A stretch of 58,873 bases of DNA from positions 1 through 58,873 of the IMG/VR virus record IMGVR_UViG_3300047560_003072. The stretch is one strand, 5' to 3'. The position numbers and the translations under genes were made by a program. This DNA comes from a virus (lineage: Duplodnaviria > Caudoviricetes). The notes beneath the pieces are model-generated. The model was not told where the DNA came from. It searched no databases and was given only the letters and a program-made list of their open reading frames with translations. Below are positions 46,266-56,425 of this stretch, in pieces. Within the stretch, counting starts at the first letter, position 1. Every line of letters starts with the position of its first letter.

Positions 46266-47510
46266 TTACAATCCTATACTGACACAATCAAAAACAATTT
46301 GATGTTTTGTTTTGGTACTTGGTGTTATCATATGACGGAGACGTGTAACCAGATAGTTACCCGCAGCCATCTTGTCTTCTTTTTTACGATCTGTTGTACC
46401 TGTTGCTGATGGCAGTTCAAGCGTGACCATATCACCAACTTTGAGACCGGAATCACCATGAATCAATACCCGTGTTATGTTTGAATTCATTAGCACAGCG
46501 AACGAATTACGAACAGCAACCATTGTATCAATGAAGTTGTCTGGTCGCAGATCATCTTTTGGAACGAAGAATTGTTTTGGCACACCGGAGCCAAACTTTT
46601 CAATAAAGTCATCAGTGTTTGGTATTTGATTCTTTTTGTCAAACGTCTCCATCTTACTAAAGACATCTTTCAAATTGAAGTTCTCACTTGTGAATGTCTT
46701 ACTTGAAAGATTGAACGTCTTTGTGACAGCCTTGTATACACCTTCAGCAGCTTTTTTGTTTGAGTCTGTCGATGCTATGTTTTGATAATTGAGAATCGTA
46801 CGGTATGCGTTTGCTAATGTTTCGGGTTTGTTTGTTGAGGTATTACGCTGAGCATTGAAAATGCGTGAACCAATTCTCGGCTTTCCCTCTTTGACTAAAC
46901 CTTCAATAGTTTTGAAATTAAACCCGGCTTGGTTTTCAAAAAACACATATGCAGAAGACGGATACTGCTTACTAACCGCACGCGATCTGCACATATCAAT
47001 AGACTGCAGAGGATTCATCTTTGGAAACGCAATAGTCTGAATGCCTTTTGTCTCGTCAATGATTATAGACTTCTTCGAATACAAATACGTGTTGAGAATA
47101 TCAGGCACAACATCACTCAAAACAGTTTCGTATGATTGCTTTACAAGCTGCGATCCATTATACAAATGCTCTTCGCTAACACAACGAAGCATAAAAGTTA
47201 CACCCTTGCCGTTAATATCACGTGCAACGTTTGATACTTCAAACGATCTAAATTTATAAGTTGTTGTTTGTTTGATTCCTGGCGTCACAAACTCAACCGT
47301 AATCTCTTCTTCACCAATAATTGGAAACGACTCGAGCAATCCAATGTTGTCATTGAAGTATATTGCCGCGTAGACTGTAGGCTTTGTAATATCCTCAAAA
47401 ATATCAATACCCATGATCTGATCCATGGGGTTAATGCCTGCTTTGATTGTTTTGTTTGAAAGTTCGACGCGCTTAACAGAGACGTCACCTGGTTCAAATA
47501 TTCTACTCAT
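46266..47510 (-). CDS. baseplate hub protein (gp27-like)
   Basis: IFEDI, PIIGEE, FFEN..GFNF, GD..LKVG, GNYLVT..RH; between gp53 and gp5. Confidence 0.65.
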   Translation of the reverse strand: MSRIFEPGDVSVKRVELSNKTIKAGINPMDQIMGIDIFEDITKPTVYAAIYFNDNIGLLESFPIIGEEEITVEFVTPGIKQTTTYKFRSFEVSNVARDINGKGVTFMLRCVSEEHLYNGSQLVKQSYETVLSDVVPDILNTYLYSKKSIIIDETKGIQTIAFPKMNPLQSIDMCRSRAVSKQYPSSAYVFFENQAGFNFKTIEGLVKEGKPRIGSRIFNAQRNTSTNKPETLANAYRTILNYQNIASTDSNKKAAEGVYKAVTKTFNLSSKTFTSENFNLKDVFSKMETFDKKNQIPNTDDFIEKFGSGVPKQFFVPKDDLRPDNFIDTMVAVRNSFAVLMNSNITRVLIHGDSGLKVGDMVTLELPSATGTTDRKKEDKMAAGNYLVTRLRHMITPSTKTKHQIVFDCVSIGL

Positions 47511-48352
47511 GCTGACAACAACTCTTTCATGTCTCTCTCAATCAAGTTAATGTAATTTGAACTCAAGAGACGGATGTGTTTCTTCTTTTCGTTTTCTTCC
47601 GCATCAACATCATAGAACGATACAGGTGTCCAGTAACCAACCTCATCGATCGGTATGCATTGATTCAAAACACTAGCAGATGTAATTGTAGCTGAGATGC
47701 TTGCGTTGTTACCTGCATATGTCAATGAACCAGCACTCCACGTTCCCGTAATGTGTTTCAGCACGACTGTTGAGGAATTTGCAAAAGCAACAGTACCAAA
47801 AACGTTACTACCTTGCTTGACAACTGCTGATGTAGCAGGAATATCTGTAAACGTACCAGACAGAGATACAATTTGATTTGTGTCGGTAATCAAATCCAGT
47901 TCTTTGCGTTGATAATTAATAATCTGCTCGTTGTAACCTAGAATCGGAGCCCAGTACTTTTTCTGACCAATACTTAGCGCATCATATGCAGCAGGTGAAA
48001 TTACTGTCTCATCTTGCTCAAAGTTTACACGATAATATGCAGTCTGTAACTGTGACTCAGCAATCGATCCATACTTTGCTTTCATCATGTCGTTAAACTG
48101 ATTCATATCCTTTGGCCACTCGTGATAGGGATCAGTAATAGAATTGCTGAAATAGATTACCCAATCATACTGCGCATCTTCATAGTAATGTTCAGCAATT
48201 TGATCTGGGCGTTCACCTTCAGCGATAGTGTATGGATAATACACAGCAAGGTTTTTTGATACGCTTTCTTCAAACTTCACCTTTGCGATAATGTTTGTTA
48301 CCGCTGTGTTGGCATATATTAACGATGGAAAGTAATTGAAATAACTTGACAT
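47507..48352 (-). CDS. gp53: baseplate wedge protein
   Basis: YF..FP, GERPDQIA..YY....DWVI..N.I.DPY.EWP, ENEKKK.I.LL. Confidence 0.88.
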   Translation of the reverse strand: MSSYFNYFPSLIYANTAVTNIIAKVKFEESVSKNLAVYYPYTIAEGERPDQIAEHYYEDAQYDWVIYFSNSITDPYHEWPKDMNQFNDMMKAKYGSIAESQLQTAYYRVNFEQDETVISPAAYDALSIGQKKYWAPILGYNEQIINYQRKELDLITDTNQIVSLSGTFTDIPATSAVVKQGSNVFGTVAFANSSTVVLKHITGTWSAGSLTYAGNNASISATITSASVLNQCIPIDEVGYWTPVSFYDVDAEENEKKKHIRLLSSNYINLIERDMKELLSA

Positions 48353-48355
48353 ATG

Positions 48356-49462
48356 TTAGACTTTAGGTGCGCTTTGAGTTTTAGCTTCCGCTGCTTTTGA
48401 AGCAGCAATTGCTGATTTTGCTGCCGACTCGTTGAACGGTTCATCCCCTGCACCAAGATCACGACGAGTGAATGGACTCACCTCAGTGAAGGTCATAGAG
48501 ATTTCTACAACAGTTGGATCGCCTGTTTTGAAAAACGATGGGCCATTTGGTCCATAATTTACCGTGAGACCTTTTAGCACACATCTCTTAATTTTATAAT
48601 CCGGCAATGTACCAGGGCTGAAAGTAATGTCACACAAATCAGGGTATGTAAACAACATATCAGTCCCTGAAGTCATTCCAGGTAACATTCGTGTTTTCAG
48701 TTGCTTAATAATCTGCTTAATTGTTTTCAACTCCGCTTCACTGTGTGGCGCAAAACGATATGAGAACTGATGATCACGTGGAGCAACGTTTTGAAAGAGC
48801 ATAGCAATATACGGGTTGGGTGCAACACCTGCTGCAATACCCGCTAAAGCTGTTGCTGTTTGGCCGCCATTACCGATTCCTGTGAATTCACTTGCAGCTT
48901 TACCAGCCATACCAGCGGCACCTATCAACCCAACACCTATTGTATCTTTTGCATAATCACCAGCGCTTGCAGATTGACCACCAACATGCGCCTGTCTTAA
49001 TCCAGCAAGTACTGTTCCATTCAACGCACCAGCAACAGGACCAAGTGCTGTAGTACTATAATCAATACCAAATTGATCATTCAGATTAGATGGAACAGGA
49101 AGAACAGCTACAAACGTGTGTTTGTCTTTTGGTGTAGAAGTTGCAATACCACGCTCATACGCAACAAAGGAAAACATTGCATAATGACGCATGTTTGCTG
49201 GGTAAATTAAAGCAGAAGCAGGAGGAGAGTTTAGTTTTTTTGTCTGTTCGGGGGATTTTTCACTTCGGCCAGATCCCTTTACCTTTTCCATGTCTTTTGT
49301 TGGAAACGCGCTGGTAATTTTTAATTTGACAGCATTAGCCCCTGACGAAATTGCATCAGATAACTTTCCAAGACCGTTTTGAATTGCAGTCTTTGTGTTT
49401 TCGACAAACACCTTGGCATCAATCGTATTATTCTGACTGTAGGTGCTGTTGATGTCAGGCAT
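48356..49462 (-). CDS. gp48: baseplate tail-tube cap
   Basis: NPY...LFQ....R.HQFSY.F.P.S..E, YPD, CVL....VNY.P motifs. Confidence 0.8.
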   Translation of the reverse strand: MPDINSTYSQNNTIDAKVFVENTKTAIQNGLGKLSDAISSGANAVKLKITSAFPTKDMEKVKGSGRSEKSPEQTKKLNSPPASALIYPANMRHYAMFSFVAYERGIATSTPKDKHTFVAVLPVPSNLNDQFGIDYSTTALGPVAGALNGTVLAGLRQAHVGGQSASAGDYAKDTIGVGLIGAAGMAGKAASEFTGIGNGGQTATALAGIAAGVAPNPYIAMLFQNVAPRDHQFSYRFAPHSEAELKTIKQIIKQLKTRMLPGMTSGTDMLFTYPDLCDITFSPGTLPDYKIKRCVLKGLTVNYGPNGPSFFKTGDPTVVEISMTFTEVSPFTRRDLGAGDEPFNESAAKSAIAASKAAEAKTQSAPKV

Positions 49463-49469
49463 ATAAATA
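49462..49469 (+). promoter_or_regulatory. T4-type late promoter TATAAATA for gp4 operon
   Basis: Exact consensus 6 nt before the gp4 ATG, implying a near-leaderless mRNA. Confidence 0.75.
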
Positions 49470-49475
49470 TTTCCT

Positions 49476-49916
49476 ATGAGTTATAAAGGGTTCTTTAAAC
49501 CACGCAATCCATCGAAGTACAGAGGCGACCCATCGAATATCGTTTATCGAAGTAGATGGGAGTTAAAGTTTATGGGTTATTTAGACGCACACAAAGACGT
49601 GCAAGAATGGTCAAGTGAGGAGTTTTCTATTCCTTACCGCTCACCAATTGATAACCGCATACACCGATACTTTCCCGACTTCCTTGTGAAAAAGATTAAC
49701 CCACAAGGCGTTCAAGAGACACTTTGCGTGGAAATCAAACCTTTTAAAGAGACAAAACCACCTGTTGTTCAAAAGAAACCGACAAAACAGTATCTTCGTG
49801 AAGTATACACCTGGGGTATAAACAGCGCTAAATGGGAAGCCGCACAAAAATTCTGTGCCGACCGAAAGTGGAAATTTGTTATAATGACGGAAAACGAACT
49901 CGGGATTAAATTCTAA
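49476..49916 (+). CDS. gp4: head completion nuclease (TnsA-like PD-(D/E)xK)
   Basis: YKG.FKP.NP.KY.GD, YRSRWE, WSSEE..IPY, RYFPDF, EIKP, N.AKW.AA. Confidence 0.93.
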   Translation: MSYKGFFKPRNPSKYRGDPSNIVYRSRWELKFMGYLDAHKDVQEWSSEEFSIPYRSPIDNRIHRYFPDFLVKKINPQGVQETLCVEIKPFKETKPPVVQKKPTKQYLREVYTWGINSAKWEAAQKFCADRKWKFVIMTENELGIKF

Positions 49917-50506
49917 TGGCCACACAACTATTCACTGAAATTCTTCAAAACGCAGTAGATCCAAAGGCATCTACAACAAATGCTACTATGTGGCTGCGCG
50001 AGCAGGCGCAAAGTGTTCGTAGCGTTAACAATCCTAAATTACTGTTAACCAAACAATCTGATAGGATTGTCACTTCACTAACGGTTGGAAGAATGTATTT
50101 ATTCATGTACGACCCAAAGATGAAGGAAGAACTACCTTACTACGATAAGTTCCCGCTAATCTTTCCGTTTAAGCGTGTGAAGGGCGGATTCTACGGAATC
50201 AATATGCACTATCTGCCCCATATGATGCGCGCAAAGCTAATGGATGCGTTGATGGGTCTTGCAAATAACAAAGCAAACGACGATTCTACAAAGCTTCGTC
50301 TGTCTTATCAAGTGCTAAACGACCTTTCTCGATATCGTTTTTTCAAGCCATGTGTCAAGCACTATCTAAATAGTCACGTCAAATCTCGTTTCCTCTGGGT
50401 CCCCGCTGATCAGTGGAACACTGCATTATTCTTACCGTTGGAGAGATTTGTAGGAGCAACAAAACAACAGGTATGGCAAGATAGCCGCAAAATGGTACAA
50501 AGATAA
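49916..50506 (+). CDS. gp2: DNA end protector protein
   Basis: YDPK.K..LPYYD.FPL, GINMHYLP, CVKHYL. Confidence 0.93.
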   Translation: MATQLFTEILQNAVDPKASTTNATMWLREQAQSVRSVNNPKLLLTKQSDRIVTSLTVGRMYLFMYDPKMKEELPYYDKFPLIFPFKRVKGGFYGINMHYLPHMMRAKLMDALMGLANNKANDDSTKLRLSYQVLNDLSRYRFFKPCVKHYLNSHVKSRFLWVPADQWNTALFLPLERFVGATKQQVWQDSRKMVQR

Positions 50507-51318
50507 TGTCTTTACTTAACACAGGAATGAACGTACTTGGCACCGTATCGGTGCTAAAGTCGCTTACAGGTAGATCTGCCGCTGGCTCAGGCAAGTTAAA
50601 CAACTTCATCTCAGAGCTGAAGCAGAACTCTGTTGCTCGTACCAACCTTTTCGACGTTGTGATCACACCTCCAAAGATGATGGCAGGCAGCAAAACAGCA
50701 AGCAAGATTTCTCTTTTTGCAGAAGGTGCTCAGCTTCCTGGTATTAACATTCAAACCGATGATGGTATCAAGCGTTTCGGTTATGGTCCCCAAGATAACA
50801 TTCCTCATTCTTCTCAAACAAACGATATCACGTTGAATTTTATCGGTGATGGCAAGGGTGAAATTTATAAGTTCTTCTATAAATGGATGCAAGGGATTGT
50901 TCGTTCAGATTATGAAGTTCCATCGAACAAGACTAGCCCAAACGGTCTTTCTCCTTACGAAGTTGCATTCAAAGAAGAGTATGAAACAACAATTGCCATC
51001 AAAACATATGATGAGCAAGGTGAGACAGTATTTGAATATCAACTAACAAAAGCATTTCCAAAAAATCTACCTGATGTTTCGTTGAATTGGTCCGATAGCG
51101 GAATGATGCAATTCAGTGTTACATTCTGTTTCTTACAATCACGTCTTGTTACTGCAGACTCCGATGTTAAGATATCGAAGAATGGTATCGAGGGTCTCTC
51201 TACTCTGCAGAAAGCTATCAAGGTTGGCACAGCAGTACAAACAATCGCTGCATTGAGACGTCCACGCAGCATCCAGGATGCGTTGGCTTCGTCTACATCT
51301 ATCAAAAATTTATTCTAA
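50506..51318 (+). CDS. baseplate tail-tube initiator (gp54-like, gp19 fold)
   Basis: ARTNLFDV, LPG, FFYKW, AFP....V.LNW...FSVTF pattern. Confidence 0.75.
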   Translation: MSLLNTGMNVLGTVSVLKSLTGRSAAGSGKLNNFISELKQNSVARTNLFDVVITPPKMMAGSKTASKISLFAEGAQLPGINIQTDDGIKRFGYGPQDNIPHSSQTNDITLNFIGDGKGEIYKFFYKWMQGIVRSDYEVPSNKTSPNGLSPYEVAFKEEYETTIAIKTYDEQGETVFEYQLTKAFPKNLPDVSLNWSDSGMMQFSVTFCFLQSRLVTADSDVKISKNGIEGLSTLQKAIKVGTAVQTIAALRRPRSIQDALASSTSIKNLF

Positions 51319-51340
51319 TTGAATCGCTAGGAGTTATATT

Positions 51341-52051
51341 ATGGGTCTTCCTGTCATTTCCCATCCAACGTTTTCGTTGATTTTGCCTTCCACTGGCCAA
51401 CAAATCACTTTCCGTCCATTTCTTGTTAAAGAAGAAAAGATACTTCTGATCGCGCAATCGAGTGAAGACAGAACTGACATTGTAAGAGCAATCAAGCAAG
51501 TTATCTCTAACTGCATTATTGAGCCGAAGATGGATGTTAATGATTTCACGACATTTGATCTCGAGTACTTCTTCATTAAGCTTCGCGCAAAGTCCGTACA
51601 AAACGTTGTATCACTTTCATACAAAGACAACGAAGACGGAAAGATATATGACGTCGAAGTCAACCTCGATGAGGTAGAAGTTAAGAAGCCAGAAGGGATC
51701 GAATCGCGAGTGGAGATTACACCTACATCTGGTCTTACTTTAAAATACCCAACAATGCGTCTTATGGACGATGTTGAAGGTCTTGCAAGTGCTGCAGAAT
51801 TCAACTTTGCAATCATGTTAGCTTGCATCGATATGTATTATGATGGTGACAATGTATACAAATTGAGTGATTTTACAAGAGCAGAAGCTACAGAGTTCCT
51901 TGACGATCTCAACATCGAAACATATCAAAAGATTCAGAAGTTTGTCGAGACGATGCCTTCACTTGAGCATGTTATTTCATACACGAATTCCAACGGCAAA
52001 GAAGTAAAGATCACACTAAAGACACTGACTGATTTTTTTACATTGGGCTGA
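51341..52051 (+). CDS. gp26: baseplate hub assembly protein
   Basis: LPVI..P, FRPFLVKEEKILL.A, FD.EY.F..LRAKSV, LKYP, ends LTDFF. Confidence 0.9.
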   Translation: MGLPVISHPTFSLILPSTGQQITFRPFLVKEEKILLIAQSSEDRTDIVRAIKQVISNCIIEPKMDVNDFTTFDLEYFFIKLRAKSVQNVVSLSYKDNEDGKIYDVEVNLDEVEVKKPEGIESRVEITPTSGLTLKYPTMRLMDDVEGLASAAEFNFAIMLACIDMYYDGDNVYKLSDFTRAEATEFLDDLNIETYQKIQKFVETMPSLEHVISYTNSNGKEVKITLKTLTDFFTLG

Positions 52052-52218
52052 GCCATAATACCTTGACTAACTACTATACTACGTTGTTTAGTATGGTTCA
52101 GCATCATAAATATTCACTGACGGAACTGGAAAACTGTTATCCTTATGAACGTGATTTGTATGTTGATATGCTAAAGGATTACTTAAAACAAGAACAACAA
52201 CGATTAGAAGCGCGATAA
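52033..52218 (+). CDS. gp51: baseplate hub assembly catalyst gp51-like (not in ORF track; -1 frame to gp26; ATG at 52093)
   Basis: Manual translation ...LSHNTLTNYYTTLFSMVQHHKYSLTELENCYPYERDLYVDMLKDYLKQEQQRLEAR*. Confidence 0.85.
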   Translation, partial: FFYIGLSHNTLTNYYTTLFSMVQHHKYSLTELENCYPYERDLYVDMLKDYLKQEQQRLEAR

Positions 52219-52221
52219 CGC

Positions 52222-53658
52222 ATGGCAACATCACTGATGGGCGATATTAAAAAGGCTACGAAACAACGTGCCTTGAATAGTGTAGCGAACAATATGTTTG
52301 GTTCAGGCATATTGGGGAAAGCGCTTGGAAAATCGTTCATGGACAAGTTTGGTGATAAAGAGGAAGAAGACGATCGCGTACCAAACGCACTGAGAGAACA
52401 ACAACAAGTTCAACAAGAAAACAATAACATCCTTGTTAGACTAGAAAGAATCGTCACCAACATTTCAGACAACGTTTATAACATTGCTGGTGTATTGAAT
52501 GACCAAGTCGTCTCAATGCGCGAAGCAAAACGTTTGCAAGAAGAGCAACACTCTCGCGATATGGCTGCTCAAGAAGAAGCAGCAGCAGAGTCACAAAAGC
52601 AGCTTGCTCCTTCACCCTCCGCAACAACGCCTTCGACATCAGACGAAAAAGGCAAGAAGGGCGGTTTGATTTCCTCTCTTCTTGGATCCGTTGGTAGTAC
52701 AAAGAAGATGTTTGGTTCTTTGTTGAAAAAGTTTGCTGTGGTTGCTGTTGGGTTATCAGCGGCTGTCGGTGGTGGTGCATTAGCTGCAGGTGCTCTTAGC
52801 TCAATGTACAGCGACGTCGATAAGGAAGCTCCACCATCAGATCTTTCTGCAGTTCAACCAACTCCTGTACCACAAGAGTCTGAATCACCAACCTCTTTGA
52901 TGACCGGTGCTATGAAGAGTATTGGTGGTGAACAAGGTGCAAAGGATGCTCCTGCTGTAGAGCAAATGTTAAATGCTGGTATGTCTGGTGACATGGGTAA
53001 ATTCATTGACGCTGCAAAAGCTCACGCTGCAGCTAATCCTCCGCCAGCTCCTCCATCCCCACCTCCAACTCCTGTTGCGCCTCCTCCTACTCCTGCTGCG
53101 ACATCACCTGCGCCTGCTGCAGCACCCGCAGCAACACAGTCTTCACCTGAAGATACGATCAAGCAATTCGAGTCAAACATTGAAGGTAACAATAAACGTC
53201 TTGCCGATAGAGAAAAGCGTTCGAAGATGCGTGTTGAAGGATGGAAGCAAAAGTATGCTGATGATCCAACAAAGCTGAGTGAGCTTCTCGATAAAGACAA
53301 AGTTGAGATGGATGTGTATAGAGGCGACATCGCGGATGCTAACAAACGCATTCAAGATCAAATCGACGCTCTTAAAAAGCAACCATCTGCTCCTACAAGT
53401 CCACCATCCGCTTCCTCATCGAGTTCTTCTGGTGCAACGCCTGTACCAAGCTCTCCCTCGACTGGCAAAGACATCGGAACACAAAGTACTGATGTAGCAG
53501 CAGCAAGTGAAGCACCTCCTAAATCAGAGCCAAATGTCGTCAGTGCAGGTGGCGAAGCAAGTACAGGTCCTCTACCTGGTAGTGCCATTGAAATGCCTTC
53601 ACCTATTGCGAATAGAGGCTCTCTCGATGACAACACAACATTTGAGGCAAGAATGTAA
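52222..53658 (+). CDS. tape-measure-like/ejected tail protein
   Basis: Helical coiled segments, one hydrophobic G/A-rich stretch, Pro-rich linkers; follows gp26/gp51. Confidence 0.5.
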   Translation: MATSLMGDIKKATKQRALNSVANNMFGSGILGKALGKSFMDKFGDKEEEDDRVPNALREQQQVQQENNNILVRLERIVTNISDNVYNIAGVLNDQVVSMREAKRLQEEQHSRDMAAQEEAAAESQKQLAPSPSATTPSTSDEKGKKGGLISSLLGSVGSTKKMFGSLLKKFAVVAVGLSAAVGGGALAAGALSSMYSDVDKEAPPSDLSAVQPTPVPQESESPTSLMTGAMKSIGGEQGAKDAPAVEQMLNAGMSGDMGKFIDAAKAHAAANPPPAPPSPPPTPVAPPPTPAATSPAPAAAPAATQSSPEDTIKQFESNIEGNNKRLADREKRSKMRVEGWKQKYADDPTKLSELLDKDKVEMDVYRGDIADANKRIQDQIDALKKQPSAPTSPPSASSSSSSGATPVPSSPSTGKDIGTQSTDVAAASEAPPKSEPNVVSAGGEASTGPLPGSAIEMPSPIANRGSLDDNTTFEARM

Positions 53659-55523
53659 TGGCTTTCTCTGAACATTTAAGCGAAGGTGTACGTTCCAGTT
53701 TTGAACAGAACGGTGGCGTTCTTGGCCGTGCAATGCAGGCACGCCGCGAGAGAAAAGAAAAAGACAAAGCAATTCAAAAAGAAGTTGAGATAATCAACAA
53801 GCAAACAATGCGTTTGTCGACAACGCGTTCAATGCTTACCAACCTCGAGACATCGTTTTTGGCAATATCCAAAAACATGCAGTTGATTGCAAAGTCTTTT
53901 GACGCACAAGTAACGCTGCAGGAAGAAACAAACGCTGCTATCAAAGTCCAACAACAAGAAAAGCGAGGTGTTGGAAAGCCTTCCGTCGAGCAGATACAGG
54001 CAAAGCAGGTTGAGAAACAACAAGGCCCAGAACAACAAGAGGAAAGTTCCGTCTTCGGTCGTATCATGGATGTTCTCGATGACATTGGCCGCAAGACAAA
54101 AGGTGGTAAGGCTCCAAAACCACCCACCCGTGCTGAAACAGCAAGAAAGAAAGCTGAAGAAGCTGCAAAGAAAAAAGGCGGCACGAAAGAAGAAGTAAAA
54201 AAGGCCGGTGATAAGGCAGCGGAAAAGGCAGCTAAAAGAGAAACCGCAAAAACTGCTGAGAAGCAGGGTGCTAAGGCCGGCGCTAAGGCCGGCGCCAAAG
54301 CGGCTGCAAAAGAAGCTGCAAAGAAGGTTTTTGCAAAAACGTTTGCAAAAATGGCCGCCAAATCAATTCCAATTATTGGAGCCGGTATTGGTATTGCATT
54401 TGCTGCAGAACGTCTAATTAGAGGTGATGTTGTAGGTGCTGGTATTGAAGCTGCGGGTGGTTTGGGAAGTGCTGTTACTGCTATTCCAGCAACCATTGCA
54501 AATACAACACGTGACATTTATTATGAAACATATGGTGTCTATCCAGAAGCTGATCCACTAGCTAAAGAACGCTTTCAAGAAATTTCAGATGGTGTTAAAG
54601 AAGCTGCAGAAGAGACGCTTGGTCGAAAGTTAACAACTGAACCGACACCAGAACAAAAACCACAACCTGCTGCAACGTTGCCTCCTACAGGAGCCGGTGG
54701 TGGAAGAGGCGCAGTTAATCCTCAAGCTGTTACACCTGCACAAGAACCAGCCAATGCTATAACATCAGGCACCGGTGAAGTGATTAGATCCAGTTCAGGA
54801 GCTGCTGTAACGTCCGGACCTGTTGCTGAAAAACCATCGATGCCTGTTGAAAAACCACAACCAGCCGGTACAGGTTTAAAACCAGGCGGTGGTGTAGGAT
54901 TAAAACTACCAACACCTTCCGGCGACGACAAGTGGGTCATGGATATGATCAAACGTCACGAGGGCGTTCGTACAAAACCATACAAAGATAGCTTAGGTCT
55001 TTGGACAATCGGTGTTGGTCACTTGATCGGTGATGGTAAAACTCTTCCACGTGAATGGGATCGCGAATTCTCGATGAAAGAAGTCGATGATATGTTCATG
55101 ATGGATTACGAGTCGCATAAAAAAGCAGCACAGAAGATGCCTGGTTTTGATAAGGTAAATGAGCAAGGACAAGGCGCCTTGATCGACCTAACCTTCAACA
55201 TGGGTAATACATGGTATAAGAAGTGGCCGAACTTTGTTAAAAATATGTCTGAAGGAAATACACAAGGCGCTGCGGCCAGTCTCGAAGACAGTAAGTGGTA
55301 TCAACAAGTTAAAAGCAGAGCAGCAACAATTGTTGGTCTGATTAGAAACAGTGGTAAAGATCTTGGCAGCTCAAGTACATCTGTTGCTGCTGCAAAGAGC
55401 GATCAAAAGGCTGCAGGTGGTGGTACAACTGTTGTTGTGGTTGCGCAACAGCAACCAGAAACAAAAAAAGCCCCTGCAACGCAGGGGCCTCGCAAAGAGT
55501 ATCACTCTCCTATCGCTGCTTAA
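53658..55523 (+). CDS. tape-measure-like protein with C-terminal GH24 (T4-type) lysozyme
   Basis: K/A-rich helix, KSIPIIGAGIG hydrophobic motif, catalytic HEG...YKD....WTIGVGH, FNMG, SKWYQQV..RA. Confidence 0.85.
   Translation: MAFSEHLSEGVRSSFEQNGGVLGRAMQARRERKEKDKAIQKEVEIINKQTMRLSTTRSMLTNLETSFLAISKNMQLIAKSFDAQVTLQEETNAAIKVQQQEKRGVGKPSVEQIQAKQVEKQQGPEQQEESSVFGRIMDVLDDIGRKTKGGKAPKPPTRAETARKKAEEAAKKKGGTKEEVKKAGDKAAEKAAKRETAKTAEKQGAKAGAKAGAKAAAKEAAKKVFAKTFAKMAAKSIPIIGAGIGIAFAAERLIRGDVVGAGIEAAGGLGSAVTAIPATIANTTRDIYYETYGVYPEADPLAKERFQEISDGVKEAAEETLGRKLTTEPTPEQKPQPAATLPPTGAGGGRGAVNPQAVTPAQEPANAITSGTGEVIRSSSGAAVTSGPVAEKPSMPVEKPQPAGTGLKPGGGVGLKLPTPSGDDKWVMDMIKRHEGVRTKPYKDSLGLWTIGVGHLIGDGKTLPREWDREFSMKEVDDMFMMDYESHKKAAQKMPGFDKVNEQGQGALIDLTFNMGNTWYKKWPNFVKNMSEGNTQGAAASLEDSKWYQQVKSRAATIVGLIRNSGKDLGSSSTSVAAAKSDQKAAGGGTTVVVVAQQQPETKKAPATQGPRKEYHSPIAA
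55463..55488 (-). terminator. rho-independent terminator for gp32
   Basis: GCCCCTGC-GTT-GCAGGGGC followed by 7 T on the minus strand, within the 3' end of the convergent gene. Confidence 0.8.
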
Positions 55524-56425
55524 CCATCAGCAAGTTTCTGAAACATTGCCAGATCGTCATCCTCAGCTTCGTCCCATGGAGCTGTTTCAGCTTTGGGAGC
55601 TGCAGCAGCACGTTGACGCGGAGGAGGTGCTGTTTCCTCTTCCCAATCAGCAGACTGACGAGGAGCAGGAGCAGCGGTTAGACCACCCAAGTTCAAAACC
55701 TTGGTCAGACGGCTCTTCACTTCGTCATACGTCTTAAAGTTCTTACGCTCCAAGAATGCTTGCAAAGAGTATTCCTTCTTCCAAATAGCTTCTAGCTTGT
55801 CATCATCATCAAACAAAGCGGAAGGTGCTTCAAATTCAGACTTATCGTAGTTTGAATAGCCTTCAACCTTACGGATCTTCAGTTTGAAGTTAGCACCGTT
55901 CCACAAGTCGAAGGGATTGAGAGGAGTCTCATCTTCGAACTCGGGGTTCATTGCTGCATTCAGCTTATCAAAGATCTTCTTGCCATACTTGAACAGCATG
56001 ACCTTACCTTCGTTCTCAGGATGTGCAGGATCCTTAACAACATACACGTTGCTAATGAACGACAACTTACGTTTCTGCTTACGAACGGTCTCTTGATTCT
56101 CTTTCGTACCCGTATTCCACAAAGCACTGTTGTGCTCGCAGACAGGACACGTCTCACCAACAGAAGTCAAACAGCCATCAATCAACCAACCGCCATCACC
56201 TTTGAAAGCATGATCAAAAATACGAACAAAAGGAACGTCCTCACCACCGGGTGCAGGAAGGAAACGCAGAACAGCATAGCCGTTACCTGCCTTGTCTACT
56301 TCGGCACGCCACATGCGTTCGTCGTCTTGGGGTTTGCTTGAGGGGGATGCTAGCTTGGTCAGCTCGTCGTTGAGCTTAGCGATTGAAGAGCCACTGTTCT
56401 TCTTTAGAGATGCAAAATCTACCAT
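55520..56425 (-). CDS. gp32: single-stranded DNA-binding protein
   Basis: DKAGNGYAVLRFLPAP, CPVCE, YGKKIFDK, GANFKLKIR, NYDKSEF, acidic tail. Confidence 0.97.
   Translation of the reverse strand: MVDFASLKKNSGSSIAKLNDELTKLASPSSKPQDDERMWRAEVDKAGNGYAVLRFLPAPGGEDVPFVRIFDHAFKGDGGWLIDGCLTSVGETCPVCEHNSALWNTGTKENQETVRKQKRKLSFISNVYVVKDPAHPENEGKVMLFKYGKKIFDKLNAAMNPEFEDETPLNPFDLWNGANFKLKIRKVEGYSNYDKSEFEAPSALFDDDDKLEAIWKKEYSLQAFLERKNFKTYDEVKSRLTKVLNLGGLTAAPAPRQSADWEEETAPPPRQRAAAAPKAETAPWDEAEDDDLAMFQKLADG

Noticed and set aside
49476-49916. TnsA-like nuclease as a transposon or homing endonuclease
   Set aside because: Sequence and position next to gp2 match the core head-completion protein gp4
53774-54517. 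247-aa minus-strand ORF
   Set aside because: Antisense to the K/A-rich region of the lysozyme-bearing gene
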